DNA of 64,000 bases from Candidatus Eremiobacteria bacterium (GCA_963737065.1 CAVTRC010000001.1:137898-201897); one strand, 5' to 3'. Shown: positions 1 to 9,079, counted from the stretch's first letter. Numbers and translations are program-made. The notes: generated from the letters alone by a model not told the origin.

Positions 1-222
1 CCGGGGTTCGGCGTCCCGGGCCTTCCCTTCGGTACGCCGGCGCCGGCCGTTCCGGCGCCCGAAGCGCCTCCGGCATCCTCACCGTTTGGCGTTCCATTTG
101 CCGTTCCCGGTCCCGAACCGCAGAGCGGCTTCGGCGTGCCGCCCGAAGGCGCACCTCCTACATCGACGTGGCAATGGGAACCGCCCGAGAAACCGGACGA
201 CCCGTCGAAGAAGTCGCGATGA
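1..222 (+). CDS. 3' end of a CDS entering from the left edge; Pro/Gly-rich C-terminal tail (PGFGVPGLPFGTPAPAVPAPEAPP...KKSR*)
   Basis: Frame 1 is open from base 1 to TGA at 220-222 with strong G/C third-position bias. It is missing from the ORF track only because it has no Met in the window. Convergent with the 233-505 ORF. Confidence 0.4.
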   Translation, partial: PGFGVPGLPFGTPAPAVPAPEAPPASSPFGVPFAVPGPEPQSGFGVPPEGAPPTSTWQWEPPEKPDDPSKKSR

Positions 223-232
223 GCCGCGTCGA

Positions 233-505
233 CTAGCTCTGAGAAAAGAGCAACCGGACGGCTGCACGCGCTGTACGAATGGCTGCGACGGCCTCCGGAA
301 TGCGGAGCTCCGCAACGCCGTCGCCGATCGTGCGGATCGCGATGTTTGCGCGTGCGGTTAGTCCATCAATCGCGGCGACATCCTGCTGAATCCGCTGCGA
401 GTAGCCGTTCACTTTCGCGACGTCCTCGCGGAGGGGTTGCTGCTTCATGCGATCGATGTGCTTCTTGACGGCGCCCAACGATGCGATCGCGCGCAGCCGC
501 GCCAT
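233..505 (-). CDS. hypothetical protein (90 aa, predicted helical/soluble)
   Basis: ATG-initiated ORF with coding-like GC3. Lies directly downstream of the FmdB gene on the same strand. No recognisable motif. Confidence 0.45.
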   Translation of the reverse strand: MARLRAIASLGAVKKHIDRMKQQPLREDVAKVNGYSQRIQQDVAAIDGLTARANIAIRTIGDGVAELRIPEAVAAIRTARAAVRLLFSQS

Positions 506-572
506 ATGCCATCAGAGCAAGCGCGGCGACGATGCAGATCACCAGGACCCAAGCCGGCCAGGCCATTCGAAG

Positions 573-893
573 CTAGGCCGCCGACTCGCCGGAAGACGAG
601 GCGCCGGAAGACGGTGCGCCCGAAGACGATGGACCCGAAGATGATGGGCTCGAAGGTGCCGACTCGCCGGCGGACGACTTACCGGACGGTGATGGAGACG
701 AGTCGCCGGACGAGCTCGACCGTGAATCCGTCACGTAGAATCCGGACCCTTTGAAGACGATCGGCGCGGGATTGAAGACGCGGCTCATCTGCCCGCCGCA
801 GTGCGAGCACGGCTCGGCGTGGGTTTCATTGAATCCGTGGCGGACTTCGATGTCCTTGCCACACGCAGCACAGCGGTAATCGTAGAGCGGCAT
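573..893 (-). CDS. FmdB-family zinc-ribbon putative regulatory protein with Ser-rich tail
   Basis: N-terminus MPLYDYRCAACG...CSHCGG is the typical CxxC...CxxC zinc ribbon of the FmdB family. Low-complexity S/G/P tail. Confidence 0.85.
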   Translation of the reverse strand: MPLYDYRCAACGKDIEVRHGFNETHAEPCSHCGGQMSRVFNPAPIVFKGSGFYVTDSRSSSSGDSSPSPSGKSSAGESAPSSPSSSGPSSSGAPSSGASSSGESAA

Positions 894-967
894 ACGGCTT
901 TCTTTATACCAAAGCTAGCAGTCGCGGTCAACGACTGCCAACGCATGCGCGTCAGGCGCAACGCGGT

Positions 968-1465
968 TTAGAAGTATGGAAGCTCGCTGTGATGGTGTTC
1001 GACGAGACCCTTGAAGTGCATGAGCGAATCGGAAAGGACGCGTTCGAATTTCCGACCGTTTTTCCATGAATCCATTATGGCGCCAACCGCCCCGCCGTAG
1101 GCCGGGTAGGACAGCTTGACATGAATCCTCGCGCGCGACGTTTTGCGCTCGATCCGAAAATCGATGCGGCGGCGCACTGAGAACGCGCCGACGAGCGACA
1201 GATGGTAATTGGTGATGAATTGGTCGACTTCGTACAGCTGTTCTTCTTCGCCGGGAAGCGTCGACCGGACGATCACTTCGGAGCCAAGCGCGATCGCAGC
1301 GGACGGCTTCGCCGGTGTTGCGCGCCGAATGCAAGAGAGCCACACAGGCCATTTCTCGACCGAGCAAAGGAGCGCGAACGCCTCTTCGGCGGGAGAATCC
1401 AGATCCACGCTTGCGCTGTACGACCGCAGCCCGGGGCGGGCAAGGGCATCGGTCATGATAGCCAT
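968..1465 (-). CDS. SRPBCC (polyketide cyclase/dehydrase-like) family protein
   Basis: 165-aa ORF with an SRPBCC-like pattern (SVDLDSPAEEAFALL...WPVWL). Assigned from overall resemblance only. Confidence 0.55.
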   Translation of the reverse strand: MAIMTDALARPGLRSYSASVDLDSPAEEAFALLCSVEKWPVWLSCIRRATPAKPSAAIALGSEVIVRSTLPGEEEQLYEVDQFITNYHLSLVGAFSVRRRIDFRIERKTSRARIHVKLSYPAYGGAVGAIMDSWKNGRKFERVLSDSLMHFKGLVEHHHSELPYF

Positions 1466-1538
1466 GGACCGACAGCTTCGTCATACTACTCGTTGTGCCT
1501 TCAGACGTTGCGCACACTATCAGTAGCGGTTCAGGCGC

Positions 1539-2711
1539 CTAGTTGTTTTGCCCGCCGCCGACGAACCGCGCGAAGGCGACCAGCGTCTCGACGCCGACCG
1601 GCAGCGCCGCTTCATCGATGCGAAACTGCGCGCTATGTCCGGGATGAACCGATTGCGCGGATTCGCTGCGAATGCCGAGCCGTACGTGCACACCCGGCAC
1701 GCGCTGCGCAAAATATGCGAAGTCTTCGCCGCCCATCGTGGGCGGCAAGCACTCGACGCGAACGTCTTCGCGCGCGCGCATATGTGCTGCAAAAGCCTCG
1801 GCAAGCCGCTCGTCGTTCACGACGGGCGGATATCCGCGCACGATGCGGACTTCCGCGGTTGCACCGTAGGCGGCCGAGACGTTGTTCACGATGCGGCGAA
1901 CGCGCGGGTCGAGTGCATCGCGAATAGCCGGATCGTGCGCGCGCAACGTGCCCGACATTTGGACTTCATCGGCGATGACGTTGTTGCGATAGCCGCCGCT
2001 AATCGTTCCGATCGTGACGACGACACTTTTGAGCGGATCGGTTTCTCGCGCCGCAATGTTCTGCAGCGCAAGCACGATTGCACTCGCCGCCGGAATGGCA
2101 TCGACCGCGGTGTGCGGATATGCGCCGTGTCCGCCCTTTCCGCGCACCGTGATGTACAGTTCGTCCGCCGATGCGTTGACCGGTCCCGGCGTAATGCTGA
2201 TCTCTCCCGGTGCGATACGCGGATCGACGTGGAGCATTGCAACGGCTTCAACCTTCGGATCGTCGAGCGCGCCGCCGGCAATCATCGGTTGCGCGCCGCC
2301 CGGGCCCTCTTCCGCCGGTTGAAATAACAACACGGCCGTACCCGCAAACGACGCACGCGTGGCATGCAGGACGTGCGCGGCACCGAGCAGCATCGCCGTG
2401 TGCGCGTCGTGACCGCACGCGTGCATCTTGCCGTCGACTTCGGATGCATACGGAAGATCGGTGCGCTCCGTAATCGGCAACGCATCCATATCGGCGCGCA
2501 AACCAACGACGTGCCCGGGAAGCGCGCCGCGCACGACGCCGACGATCCCGGTCTTTGCAACCCGGCGATGCGGAATCGCGAGCGCATCGAGTTCCGCCTC
2601 GACGAGCGCGCTGGTGCGATGCTCTTCGAACCCGAGTTCAGGATGGCGGTGGATTGCACGACGCAGCTCCACGACGCGATCGGCGATCGTTGCGGGAACA
2701 CGCTCAATCAT
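1539..2711 (-). CDS. M20D-family amidohydrolase (N-acyl-L-amino-acid amidohydrolase / hippurate hydrolase-like)
   Basis: Motifs [34 protein letters not shown]. Start placed at the internal Met (MIERVP) so it does not overlap the divergent neighbour. Confidence 0.85.
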   Translation of the reverse strand: MIERVPATIADRVVELRRAIHRHPELGFEEHRTSALVEAELDALAIPHRRVAKTGIVGVVRGALPGHVVGLRADMDALPITERTDLPYASEVDGKMHACGHDAHTAMLLGAAHVLHATRASFAGTAVLLFQPAEEGPGGAQPMIAGGALDDPKVEAVAMLHVDPRIAPGEISITPGPVNASADELYITVRGKGGHGAYPHTAVDAIPAASAIVLALQNIAARETDPLKSVVVTIGTISGGYRNNVIADEVQMSGTLRAHDPAIRDALDPRVRRIVNNVSAAYGATAEVRIVRGYPPVVNDERLAEAFAAHMRAREDVRVECLPPTMGGEDFAYFAQRVPGVHVRLGIRSESAQSVHPGHSAQFRIDEAALPVGVETLVAFARFVGGGQNN

Positions 2712-2730
2712 TGGGCAACCCGTTCTGCCA

Positions 2731-3474
2731 ATGATCGGACCCGACCTCGCCCTTGCCACACTGATCAATCGCGCGGGAAGCGTCTACGTTTCAAACGCGC
2801 CGGCGTATATCACGTACAACGAGCACACGCACGTTGAAGGCGGCGGACGCTCCGAAGACATCGACCGCGCGGTCAGCGTGCGCGTTGCCGACAATTTTGC
2901 CGTCATGCAAGATCTACCGAACGGCGCCGTGCGGACCGGCTCAGCGTTTCCGGTTATCCCGTTCTTCGATCCGTTTTCGACTTTCCGGTTCAGCTACTTT
3001 GCGAATCTGAAGAAGATCGACATCACGTTCGATCCGGGAAAACCATACTATTTCAAGCTGCCTGATTCCGACGCGAGCGTCGACGTCGTCGTTCCGTACA
3101 TCAGCGAATTTGCGCCGCGCTACGCGCCCGATTCAACGCCTGATGCGTTGCATCTTCTCGTCGATCCGACGCCGCGCACGGGCGACGCATTCTATCCGAC
3201 CGAAGTTCGCGAAGATCCGTCGACGCAGTTGCCGTCGCTCGTCGCGATGCAAGTGAACGGCAGCGACATGGCCATTACGCTCGAATATTCGATCGTCGAC
3301 GGCCATTGGCTCATTACGCGAGGCACGTTCAGCGCGACGCAACATGTCTTCGTCAGCACGATCAAAGTGACGGCCACGACGGTGTTTTCGGATTTTACGT
3401 TCCCGGCTGCCGCGCCGGACCCACGTTTGGCGGGTAGTCCTAGTCCTCGTCCGAGCGCGACAGCATTGCCATGA
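2731..3474 (+). CDS. hypothetical protein
   Basis: Coding-like part of ORF 2428-3474. ATG at 2731 is the first start outside the amidohydrolase gene. No known motif. Confidence 0.5.
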   Translation: MIGPDLALATLINRAGSVYVSNAPAYITYNEHTHVEGGGRSEDIDRAVSVRVADNFAVMQDLPNGAVRTGSAFPVIPFFDPFSTFRFSYFANLKKIDITFDPGKPYYFKLPDSDASVDVVVPYISEFAPRYAPDSTPDALHLLVDPTPRTGDAFYPTEVREDPSTQLPSLVAMQVNGSDMAITLEYSIVDGHWLITRGTFSATQHVFVSTIKVTATTVFSDFTFPAAAPDPRLAGSPSPRPSATALP

Positions 3475-3736
3475 GCGAGAGCTTCGACTCTTGCATCAGC
3501 CGTGCGAGCTTCACCGCGCAATAGCCGCAGAACACGAACGATGGAGCGGCGATCATGAGCAGACTCGCCACCATAAAGTTCGATTGATCGGCGCTTAGGA
3601 AATTAGTCGACGCAGCAATCGCCCAGCGTGCGGCAATGACGCATAAAAGACCGACAACGGGCGCGCCGATCGTCCAAACGAGAAGTCGAGGCGCAACTTT
3701 ACGCGCCCGCTCTTTTTTGTACCAGTCGTGTAGCAT
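3440..3736 (-). CDS. small membrane protein (2-3 predicted TM helices)
   Basis: 98-aa ORF with hydrophobic stretches (LLVWTIGAPVVGLLCVIAA, MVASLLMIAAPSFVFCGYCAV). Confidence 0.5.
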   Translation of the reverse strand: MLHDWYKKERARKVAPRLLVWTIGAPVVGLLCVIAARWAIAASTNFLSADQSNFMVASLLMIAAPSFVFCGYCAVKLARLMQESKLSLMAMLSRSDED

Positions 3737-3922
3737 GGCTCATCTAAAGTTTCGTCGGAACAACGTGAAATTTGTACTTGCCTGGATAACAGACTAGCCG
3801 GGACAAGTTCGAGGTTTTGTTCTCGTTCGCGGGCTGGAATCTTTGCGATGCGTGCGGCCAAGCGAGCACGTCGGCGCGCATATGTGGCGTTAGACGCGCG
3901 GTTCGGCGGGCACGAACAACTC

Positions 3923-4441
3923 ATGCAAAGGCAAACAACAATTGCGCCCGCGCAAGGCGCGACTGCGATTGACATTCTCGTCAACGATCACCGCACGATA
4001 AAGAACCTGCTCGCTCGCCTGGCCGATAGCCGGTCGCGCGAAGAACGCATGCAATGCCTCAAGGAACTGCAAGGCGTCTTAACCGTGCACAACGCGACGG
4101 AAGAAAACCTCGTCTATCCAGCGCTGAACAGAATCGGCAAGAAAATGTTCGAGTCGTTGCACCTCTACTATGAAACGGCGAACGCTGCTATCCACGCATT
4201 CGAAATTGATACGATGCTCAAAGAGGGCGCCGACGACGACAAAATTCAGGCGAAGGTTGAAAAATTCCGCGATGCGATCTTGGAACACATCGATGACGAA
4301 GAGAATAAAGCGTTCCCGCATCTGCAAGAAGCGGCGGACGGGACGGAACGGCAACAACTGAACCAGTCGGTGCAAACGTTCCGCGGTTCCATCAGCTTTG
4401 AGCCGATGGACGGGCCGCCGGACGAACTGACGAATCGATAA
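3923..4441 (+). CDS. hemerythrin (HHE cation-binding) domain protein
   Basis: IDILVNDHRTIKNLL...HNATEENLVYPAL...AILEHIDDEENKAFP is the typical hemerythrin-like H/E pattern. Start at the internal Met (MQRQTT). Confidence 0.8.
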   Translation: MQRQTTIAPAQGATAIDILVNDHRTIKNLLARLADSRSREERMQCLKELQGVLTVHNATEENLVYPALNRIGKKMFESLHLYYETANAAIHAFEIDTMLKEGADDDKIQAKVEKFRDAILEHIDDEENKAFPHLQEAADGTERQQLNQSVQTFRGSISFEPMDGPPDELTNR

Positions 4442-4446
4442 AACGA

Positions 4447-4467
4447 GAGCCCGGCATCGCCGGGCTC
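4447..4467. terminator. GC-rich hairpin between convergent genes (possible bidirectional terminator)
   Basis: GAGCCCGG-CATCG-CCGGGCTC, a perfect 8-bp stem, lying between the stop of the hemerythrin gene (+) and the stop of the bactofilin gene (-). No clear U-tract. Confidence 0.4.
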
Positions 4468-4506
4468 TGGTCAATGTGGGCGGGTATTACAGAAGGAGCG
4501 TTTCCT

Positions 4507-4752
4507 TCACCGTGTTGGGACAGACGTCGACAGGTTTCCGTGAATGCAAGCTTCCGGCGCTACGGTGACACTGCCCTCGGCAATCACGTCGCCTTGCACT
4601 TCGCCTTCGATGATGGCGAGCGCACCGGCTTCGACGGTCACATTCTGATGGACGTTCGCATCCTCGGCGATCGTGAGACGCGTTCCGCGCGCTGCGCGAA
4701 CGTCCCCTTGCACTTCACCGTGCACTTCGTAGTCGCGAAAGACCTCTGACAT
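4507..4752 (-). CDS. bactofilin-like (polymer-forming cytoskeletal) protein
   Basis: Repetitive beta-helix-like pattern with G(E/D)V repeats (HGEVQGDV...IEGEVQGDVIAEGSVTV). Start at MSEVF. Confidence 0.6.
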   Translation of the reverse strand: MSEVFRDYEVHGEVQGDVRAARGTRLTIAEDANVHQNVTVEAGALAIIEGEVQGDVIAEGSVTVAPEACIHGNLSTSVPTR

Positions 4753-4802
4753 GGCGCCTCCTAGCAAGCAAAGAGCCGCGCGTCGCGAGGCTCTTCATAT
4801 CA

Positions 4803-4893
4803 TGGCGGAGAGGGTGAGATTCGAACTCACGGTACCCTCATCAGGTACGCCCGCTTTCGAGGCGGGTGCCTTCAACCACTCGACCACCTCTCC
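4803..4893 (-). tRNA. tRNA-Ser (anticodon CGA), class II with long variable arm, CCA encoded
   Basis: Minus strand reads GGAGAGGTGGTCGAGTGGTTGAAGGCACCCGCCTCGAAAGCGGGCG...GTGAGTTCGAATCTCACCCTCTCCGCCA. Cloverleaf folds by hand. Anticodon loop is CTCGAAA. Confidence 0.9.
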
Positions 4894-4945
4894 CCAATGT
4901 GTCGATTCGCGCGTCCGTAACTACCCCGTTTGCGACGGGATACCT

Positions 4946-5407
4946 TCATCCTCGACGTTTTGACGCTTTTGCCGAAAGTACCGTTGCAACTGCGCTGCGG
5001 TTTCTCTTTCCAATACACCGGCGGTCACTTCCAGCCGGTGATTTGTTTTCGGATGAGCGCAGAATGTCGAACGCTCCGCCGTCCGCGCCGCCCTTCGGAT
5101 CGCTCGCGCCGTAGACGACGCGTTTGATGCGCGCGGCGATCATTGCACCGGCACACATGACGCACGGTTCTTTCGTGACGTACAGCGTTGCATCCGATAA
5201 ACGCCACACGCCGAGGCGTTGCGCCGCCTCGCGCAATAGAATCATCTCTGCATGCGCCGTTGCATCGGGACGCGACTCTTTTTCGTTTCTTGCTTCGAGA
5301 ACGAGATCGCCGGAAACGAGCACCGCGCCGATCGGCACGTCACCTGCGTCCGCAGCTCGATCGGCAAGCTGCATCGCGCGGTGTATGTACGCTTCGTCTT
5401 CCGTCAT
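4946..5407 (-). CDS. tadA: tRNA adenosine(34) deaminase TadA; reading frame breaks near 5054-5057 and the conserved C-terminus continues in another frame to TAG at 4921-4923
   Basis: HAEMILLREA and TKEPCVMCAGAM (H(A)E / PCxxC zinc site). After ...GAFDILR the annotated frame gives non-homologous sequence, while the +1 frame gives HPKTNHRLEVTAGVLERETAAQLQRYFRQKR. Confidence 0.85.
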   Translation of the reverse strand: MTEDEAYIHRAMQLADRAADAGDVPIGAVLVSGDLVLEARNEKESRPDATAHAEMILLREAAQRLGVWRLSDATLYVTKEPCVMCAGAMIAARIKRVVYGASDPKGGADGGAFDILRSSENKSPAGSDRRCIGKRNRSAVATVLSAKASKRRG

Positions 5408-5425
5408 TGCAGTTGTGAAATTACT

Positions 5426-5498
5426 CGCGCCCGAGATGACTCGAACATCCAACCTTCGCCTTCGGAGGGCGACGCTCTATCCATTGAGCTACGGGCGC
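5426..5498 (-). tRNA. tRNA-Arg (anticodon CCG), CCA not encoded
   Basis: GCGCCCGTAGCTCAATGGATAGAGCGTCGCCCTCCGAAGGCGAAGGTTGGATGTTCGAGTCATCTCGGGCGCG. Anticodon loop is CTCCGAA. Confidence 0.9.
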
Positions 5499-5511
5499 AG
5501 GCTCCGCCCCG

Positions 5512-5739
5512 TTATTCCGGAGCGCTTCCCGATGCGGGAAGGTGTTTGAACAGGTCAAGCTTATGATCGACCAGCGAACGATAGAACTTCCGCACGCAGT
5601 CGGGGTGACCGAAGAAATACGTCCTCGCGTACGCGAGGTCGTCGCCGGAGCTATCCGGCACGTAGTGCGAGATCTCGATCTCTTCCATCTGGTTCCGGTC
5701 GACCGGATGGGGACAGAAATCGCACGGGATCGTGGACAT
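5512..5739 (-). CDS. small Cys/His-containing hypothetical protein (possible zinc finger), located between two tRNA genes
   Basis: MSTIPCDFCPH...GHPDC gives a CxxC(H)...HxxC arrangement. Start at the internal Met of ORF 5512-5790. Confidence 0.45.
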   Translation of the reverse strand: MSTIPCDFCPHPVDRNQMEEIEISHYVPDSSGDDLAYARTYFFGHPDCVRKFYRSLVDHKLDLFKHLPASGSAPE

Positions 5740-5793
5740 TGAAGCACCTCTAGAACGGGAACGGCCGTCCGTCGGACGGCCGCACCTCAAGAC

Positions 5794-5868
5794 TGGTGAC
5801 TCGGGTAGGATTTGAACCTACGACCAAGGGCTTATGAGTCCCCTGCTCTACCACTGAGCTACCGAGCC
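5794..5868 (-). tRNA. tRNA with anticodon CAT (elongator Met, or Ile2 if lysidine-modified); CCA encoded
   Basis: GGCTCGGTAGCTCAGTGGTAGAGCAGGGGACTCATAAGCCCTTGGTCGTAGGTTCAAATCCTACCCGAGTCACCA. The 1:72 pair is intact, so it is not an initiator. Confidence 0.85.
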
Positions 5869-5951
5869 GTGCGCGTTGTGTCGTTTTCGACACCTGACTG
5901 TAGCAGAACTCTCCGCGAGGTGCAACGCCCGGACGCAGCTAAACGGCCGGC

Positions 5952-7508
5952 ATGGGCAAGCACGGTTGTGCGCGGTTTTTTGTCGCGCTCGCTATGTCTA
6001 CGAGTGCGGTGACTTTTGTATGTTCGACGGCAGCGCGCGCGCCGGCCGAGGACGGCACCGAACTTTTGCAGCGACATCGTCAGTACGTCGGATGGCAGTT
6101 CGGCGATCCGGCGTTCCACTTCGTACGCGCGACGTGGCTCGAAGACGAAACCACGAACGGCAAAACGCAAACAGCCGCTCATGTCACGACGATCCGCGCG
6201 AACGTGGTTTTCCGGACGACGGCCGTCGATGCGAAAACGCAGTTTGAGACCGATTCCGGATACACCGGAAACATATTCTGGACGACAAACCAGAACGGCT
6301 TCATCCGGCCGATTATAGGCGACGCGGAAAAAGCGATGATCGCGCGCGAGGTTGTGTTGAACGAAGCAGCAACCTCGCTGCCCGGCACGTTCAAACGCAC
6401 CGAAGCGGTGGACGGCGTCGAGACGTCGGTCGTGCACGTTCAACCCGAGAACGCAGACGGGATCGATCTCTACATCGACCCGTCGAGCGGCGCGTACAAG
6501 CGCGTAGTGATCGATCCCGACGGCCCGTATCAAGCCGCGATCGACATCGTCTCGTACAAGCCGGTACGGGACGGGAAAAGAGTCATCAGCGCATACAAGA
6601 CGCGGCAAGGCCGATATACGTTTCGCCTCGACACGATAGAGCTTCCGCAGTCGATCGATGCGCAAGCGTTTGCACCGCCCAAGCAGACTGCTACGTGGCA
6701 CTTTGATCCGTCGCATGCTGCCGTCCCGCTAACACTGAACTGGTATCGTCAGCGACGTATCTATTTCACCGCAAAGATAAACGGCGTCGACGGCAAGTTC
6801 ATCCTCGATACGGGCGCCGGTGCCGGCATCGTCTTTACGAAGAGCTTCGCCGACAAACTGAAGCTCAAGCAACTGAAAAGCTCGCAGGCGCTTGGAGTGG
6901 GCGGTTCCGTCATCACACAATCGGCGCTCGTCGACTCGATCACCATCGGCGGAAACACCCTCTCGCACGTCGCGGCCTCCTTTCAGGACACCGCGCTCGA
7001 CGCCGATGGACTGATGGGATTCGATTTGTTCGCAGGAGTCGTCGCACACGTCGATCTCGACAAACTCGCCCTTACGCTCTACGACCCGTCCACCGACATT
7101 TCAACGCTCGCGCACGGCGTCAGTGCAACGGTCGATCTCGAAAACGGCATCCCCGCAGTCCCGATGAAGATGAACGGTCGCATCGACGTGAACGCGCAAT
7201 TGGACACCGGTAACCCGCTCTTCATGTTGTTCCCTCGCGGGCTTATCTATAGCGACCACGTGAGGATGTATCGGCGCGCCGCCTTCGTCCGCGGCATTGC
7301 CGGATACGAACTCGACGAATGCGGAACGATCGATTCGCTTACGATGGGACCGATCGATTATACGGGCGTCGCTGCGTGCGCGAGCCCCTCCTACACCGGA
7401 CATAACATTTTGGTGGGTTTAGATTTCATTCGTCACTTCAATCTATGGTTCGACTATCCGCGGTCGGCAATGGTGTTCGAACCTCGCGCCAGCGTACCGG
7501 ACCCGTAA
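5952..7508 (+). CDS. secreted protein with two retropepsin-like aspartic protease domains
   Basis: N-terminal signal-like segment. Two D-T-G motifs: FILDTGAGAGIVF (D286, nt 6807) and AQLDTGNPLFMLF (D418, nt 7203). Confidence 0.7.
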   Translation: MGKHGCARFFVALAMSTSAVTFVCSTAARAPAEDGTELLQRHRQYVGWQFGDPAFHFVRATWLEDETTNGKTQTAAHVTTIRANVVFRTTAVDAKTQFETDSGYTGNIFWTTNQNGFIRPIIGDAEKAMIAREVVLNEAATSLPGTFKRTEAVDGVETSVVHVQPENADGIDLYIDPSSGAYKRVVIDPDGPYQAAIDIVSYKPVRDGKRVISAYKTRQGRYTFRLDTIELPQSIDAQAFAPPKQTATWHFDPSHAAVPLTLNWYRQRRIYFTAKINGVDGKFILDTGAGAGIVFTKSFADKLKLKQLKSSQALGVGGSVITQSALVDSITIGGNTLSHVAASFQDTALDADGLMGFDLFAGVVAHVDLDKLALTLYDPSTDISTLAHGVSATVDLENGIPAVPMKMNGRIDVNAQLDTGNPLFMLFPRGLIYSDHVRMYRRAAFVRGIAGYELDECGTIDSLTMGPIDYTGVAACASPSYTGHNILVGLDFIRHFNLWFDYPRSAMVFEPRASVPDP

Positions 7509-7512
7509 GACG

Positions 7513-8982
7513 CTAGCAACCGCGCGTTGAGCTAAACAAGACGTACGCGTCGGTGCCGTGCACCAGCAACGGATTCGTGACCGCTCGCCGCTCCATATCG
7601 ACGTACGACGATGCCGGCAGCGGAAGCGCTGCAGCAGCAGCCGAGCGCGAGTCATTCGCAACCACGTATCCGCCGCTAAACTTTCGGAAAAATAACGAGC
7701 CGCTCGACGCATACGGTCCGCATGCGGTGCCGATGCGCGCGTCAACCGTCGCGTACTCCGGGAAGTACGACGGTGCGCCATACGGCCCGCTCGTTACAAA
7801 AAACGCGGCGTGGCCGAGATTGCCCAGTAAGTAGGAACCGACCGCCCACGACAACTGGGACGGCGTGATCTGCGCGGTTGGGCAACACCCGGATGAATGT
7901 TTGTTGAACTTGTCAATCGCGAGAAACGTCGCGTGAGATTGCCAGAATGTCATGTATCGCAGCGTGCGTCCCAGCAGTCCGCCGCGTATATACGTCCCAT
8001 AGCCCGCGAAACCGGACTCGTCGAGGTTCGCGTCGGCGTTTTGTGCCAGTGTTTGCTCGTGCGGATCCGTCGGCTCGCCCGTTGGATGATTGATGACCAA
8101 GCGCAGATGGTGCGGCGCAATCGATGCGTCGGTCGTGAGCGTTTGCTTTGCAAGCTTCACCCATGTTGCAACGTCGGATGCCCACTTCGGATCGTAGTTT
8201 GGGAAGCCGCCGCCGCTCGCCCCCCACTTCCGAACGAATCGCGTGAAATTCGCACCACTGTACACACCGCAGCCGAACCATCCCGGTTGCTGGTTTCCGT
8301 CGAAATCAAAGAAGACGGTTTGGTCGGTCCCAATTGCCGTATCGTGACGAGCGATTGCAGCGCGCGCAGCAATGTCCATCTGATACGTCACGACATCGCG
8401 ATTGCTGATGTCGAGCGGAACGCCTTGTAAACCGGGTTGATATGCGACGGTTGTCGTCGGCCGATTGTGCGCGTCGCAATCGTAGACGATCCAGTCGGGA
8501 TGGTTGGCTTTGAACCACGCGAGGTTGCTGCCGCCAATTCGATTCGAGTCGATGTTCGGATCGTCGACGCCTTGATACGTGTAGAGAATCGGGACAAGGG
8601 ACGCATTTCCAGCGAGCCACGCTGAGGCGCTTGCACCGTAACGGCCGCTGCCTGCGCCCCACACCCAACCGACGTGATTTGCGGCCGAAGTCGCCTGCGT
8701 GGCGTTCATTTGCGTGTCGAAAACCTGCAACAGCGTCAATGCGCTCGTCGACGGCGGCGGTGGCGTTTGCGTCGGTAACGGGGTCGGCGTTACAGGGGGC
8801 GGTGGAGTTATGGGCGGGGGCGTTGCCGTTCGCGGCGGGTGTGTCGGCGTTGGCCCGGGCGCCGGAGTCGGTGTCGTGCCCGGCGGCAGTTGCGGCGGCG
8901 ACGATCCGCCTCCGCCACCGCACGCGCTCAGCGTGCCAAGAGCAAGGAAAAGAACGGCATGCACACTGGCAGAGACTCGCAT
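7513..8982 (-). CDS. lipoprotein with Pro/Thr-rich linker; C-terminal domain possibly glycoside-hydrolase-like (tentative)
   Basis: Lipobox LGTLSAC. About 60 aa of P/T linker. The large C-terminal domain has no motif I can assign securely. Confidence 0.6.
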   Translation of the reverse strand: MRVSASVHAVLFLALGTLSACGGGGGSSPPQLPPGTTPTPAPGPTPTHPPRTATPPPITPPPPVTPTPLPTQTPPPPSTSALTLLQVFDTQMNATQATSAANHVGWVWGAGSGRYGASASAWLAGNASLVPILYTYQGVDDPNIDSNRIGGSNLAWFKANHPDWIVYDCDAHNRPTTTVAYQPGLQGVPLDISNRDVVTYQMDIAARAAIARHDTAIGTDQTVFFDFDGNQQPGWFGCGVYSGANFTRFVRKWGASGGGFPNYDPKWASDVATWVKLAKQTLTTDASIAPHHLRLVINHPTGEPTDPHEQTLAQNADANLDESGFAGYGTYIRGGLLGRTLRYMTFWQSHATFLAIDKFNKHSSGCCPTAQITPSQLSWAVGSYLLGNLGHAAFFVTSGPYGAPSYFPEYATVDARIGTACGPYASSGSLFFRKFSGGYVVANDSRSAAAAALPLPASSYVDMERRAVTNPLLVHGTDAYVLFSSTRGC

Positions 8983-9079
8983 AGTACGCCTCCCAGCTAT
9001 CCATCATCGTAACTGAACGGTGGCCGAAATACGCAAGTACGCGCTGTAGGAAAAAGATAGTAAACGAGCGAGCGCGGAG

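Noticed and set aside
3737-3922. Lower-GC intergenic region between the small membrane protein and hemerythrin genes, examined for an RNA gene or riboswitch
   Set aside because: I saw no conserved RNA motif and no convincing stem-loop architecture. It is most simply a divergent promoter region, and I could not place -35/-10 boxes with correct spacing.
8690-8930. Repetitive G/C-rich stretch that could be mistaken for a repeat array
   Set aside because: It is the Pro/Thr-rich linker of the lipoprotein gene (PPGTTPTPAPGPTPTHPP...). It has no regular repeat-spacer periodicity. No CRISPR-like array was seen anywhere in the window.
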